Source: a virus
Taxonomy: Duplodnaviria; Caudoviricetes
Length of the DNA stretch: 26,072 bases
Reading direction: 5' to 3' (one strand)
IMG/VR virus record: IMGVR_UViG_3300037484_000278
Span: 1-26,072 of that record
This document shows positions 25,409-26,072 of the stretch, piece by piece. The notes under the pieces are model-generated. The model saw only the letters and a program-made list of their open reading frames with translations, made no database searches and was not told where the DNA came from. How positions within the stretch are numbered: the stretch's first letter is position 1; every line of letters begins with the position of its first letter. Position numbers and translations under genes: made by a program.

Positions 25409-25764
25409 CAGTAGTAGGTGTCCAAATTTCGCACGTTCTGCCCTGGGAAAATCGCCGCCGCCAAGCGCTTCTGGTGGCCTGGACTATTCACTTTGATTCG
25501 CAGCATGTCGTCAAACTTCAAATCCACTTTCGCGGCAGCGCACTTTTGAGCGATTTCGACGGCCTCTGCATCCGTCTTGGCCGCCATCGACAGCGACCAG
25601 TGATTCGTCCAAGCATCGCCGGATTTCTGGTCTTGGTGCTCCGCACGGAGGTCACGCCAGTACACAAGTCCGCCGACGATCACTTTCGACGGCGCGCAGC
25701 CCATCGAATAAGACCGCTCGATCGTCTTGCCGCCTGATTCACTGGTATAACAGTAAGTAGGCAT
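25408..25764 (-). CDS. Hypothetical protein with FmdB-like N-terminus (MPTYxY) lacking the CxxC
   Basis: TGATG overlaps at both ends; MPTYCYTSESGGKTIERSYSM. Confidence 0.6.
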   Translation of the reverse strand: MPTYCYTSESGGKTIERSYSMGCAPSKVIVGGLVYWRDLRAEHQDQKSGDAWTNHWSLSMAAKTDAEAVEIAQKCAAAKVDLKFDDMLRIKVNSPGHQKRLAAAIFPGQNVRNLDTYY

Positions 25765-25985
25765 CACCATTTTCCAGGATCGCACGGACTCATGCGAATC
25801 GGCGGACGCGGTTCCGCGTTATACGAACCCATGATCTCGGCCATCGGCGTTCGGTCATTCGGCAGCGAATACACGATCGGCCCGCCGTACCGCGCTCGCC
25901 AGTTGTATCGCTTCGGCCAACCACGAACCCGGCAGCACAGCTTGAACCAACTCCATCCGCTTCGAATGCGATTGAGGAACTTCAT
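25764..25985 (-). CDS. Small basic hypothetical protein, 73 aa
   Basis: ATG 25985 overlaps an upstream TGA and its stop overlaps the next ATG. Confidence 0.5.
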   Translation of the reverse strand: MKFLNRIRSGWSWFKLCCRVRGWPKRYNWRARYGGPIVYSLPNDRTPMAEIMGSYNAEPRPPIRMSPCDPGKW

Positions 25986-26071
25986 CACATCGCTCCCGGA
26001 TGTTCCAGCCGCCACTTCCGGCCCGCCGCGGTGCGCAGATCGCGCGGACGAGGAGCGGGATCAGGAACAAC
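25985..26071 (-). CDS. 3' end of a gene truncated by the window edge (...VVPDPAPRPRDLRTAAGRKWRLEHPGAM*); by position possibly the large terminase
   Basis: Open frame from the window end to a TGA coupled to ATG 25985. Identity is positional inference only. Confidence 0.3.
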   Translation of the reverse strand, partial: VVPDPAPRPRDLRTAAGRKWRLEHPGAM

Positions 26072-26072
26072 C

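Larger units (their letters stand above)
1..26072. mobile_element. Tailed phage/prophage genome segment (probably podovirus-like): morphogenesis operon on the minus strand, accessory genes on the plus strand
   Basis: Collinear portal-scaffold-capsid-adaptor-ejection-nozzle-fibre-like genes with overlapping start/stop codons, plus an HNH gene and an orphan methyltransferase. No housekeeping genes, integrase or att site are visible. Confidence 0.92.

Noticed and set aside
23918-25414. 498-aa plus-strand ORF
   Set aside because: Antisense shadow of the portal gene with no motifs.
1-26072. CRISPR array, integrase/att sites, IS elements, holin-endolysin pair
   Set aside because: No regularly spaced repeats and no recombinase, transposase or muralytic motifs recognised by eye; they may lie outside the window.

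Overview
The window looks like a ~26 kb segment of a GC-rich tailed phage or prophage, most likely podovirus-like because no tail tube, sheath or tape-measure gene is evident. The minus strand (about 26072 down to 3608) is a tightly coupled virion morphogenesis operon. In order it encodes small genes, a portal, a free-standing HNH endonuclease with its own promoter and terminator, a scaffold, the major capsid protein, a decoration protein, a head-tail adaptor, two small virion proteins, three ejection-type proteins (the largest 1408 aa), a nozzle apparently split around a DNRLRE-type domain, a tail fibre, and a three-gene module ending in a LamG-like protein. The plus strand (1-3611) is an accessory block. 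It holds a RebB-like (R-body) protein, a ~470 nt highly structured non-coding region containing a D-armless tRNA-like element, a short C5 cytosine methyltransferase, a collagen-like lipoprotein, a protein with unimolecular-spanin topology and several small ORFs. The most notable items are the phage-borne Reb homologue with its adjacent tRNA-like RNA, the u-spanin candidate and the split nozzle. All family assignments come from motif recognition and gene order, not database searches.
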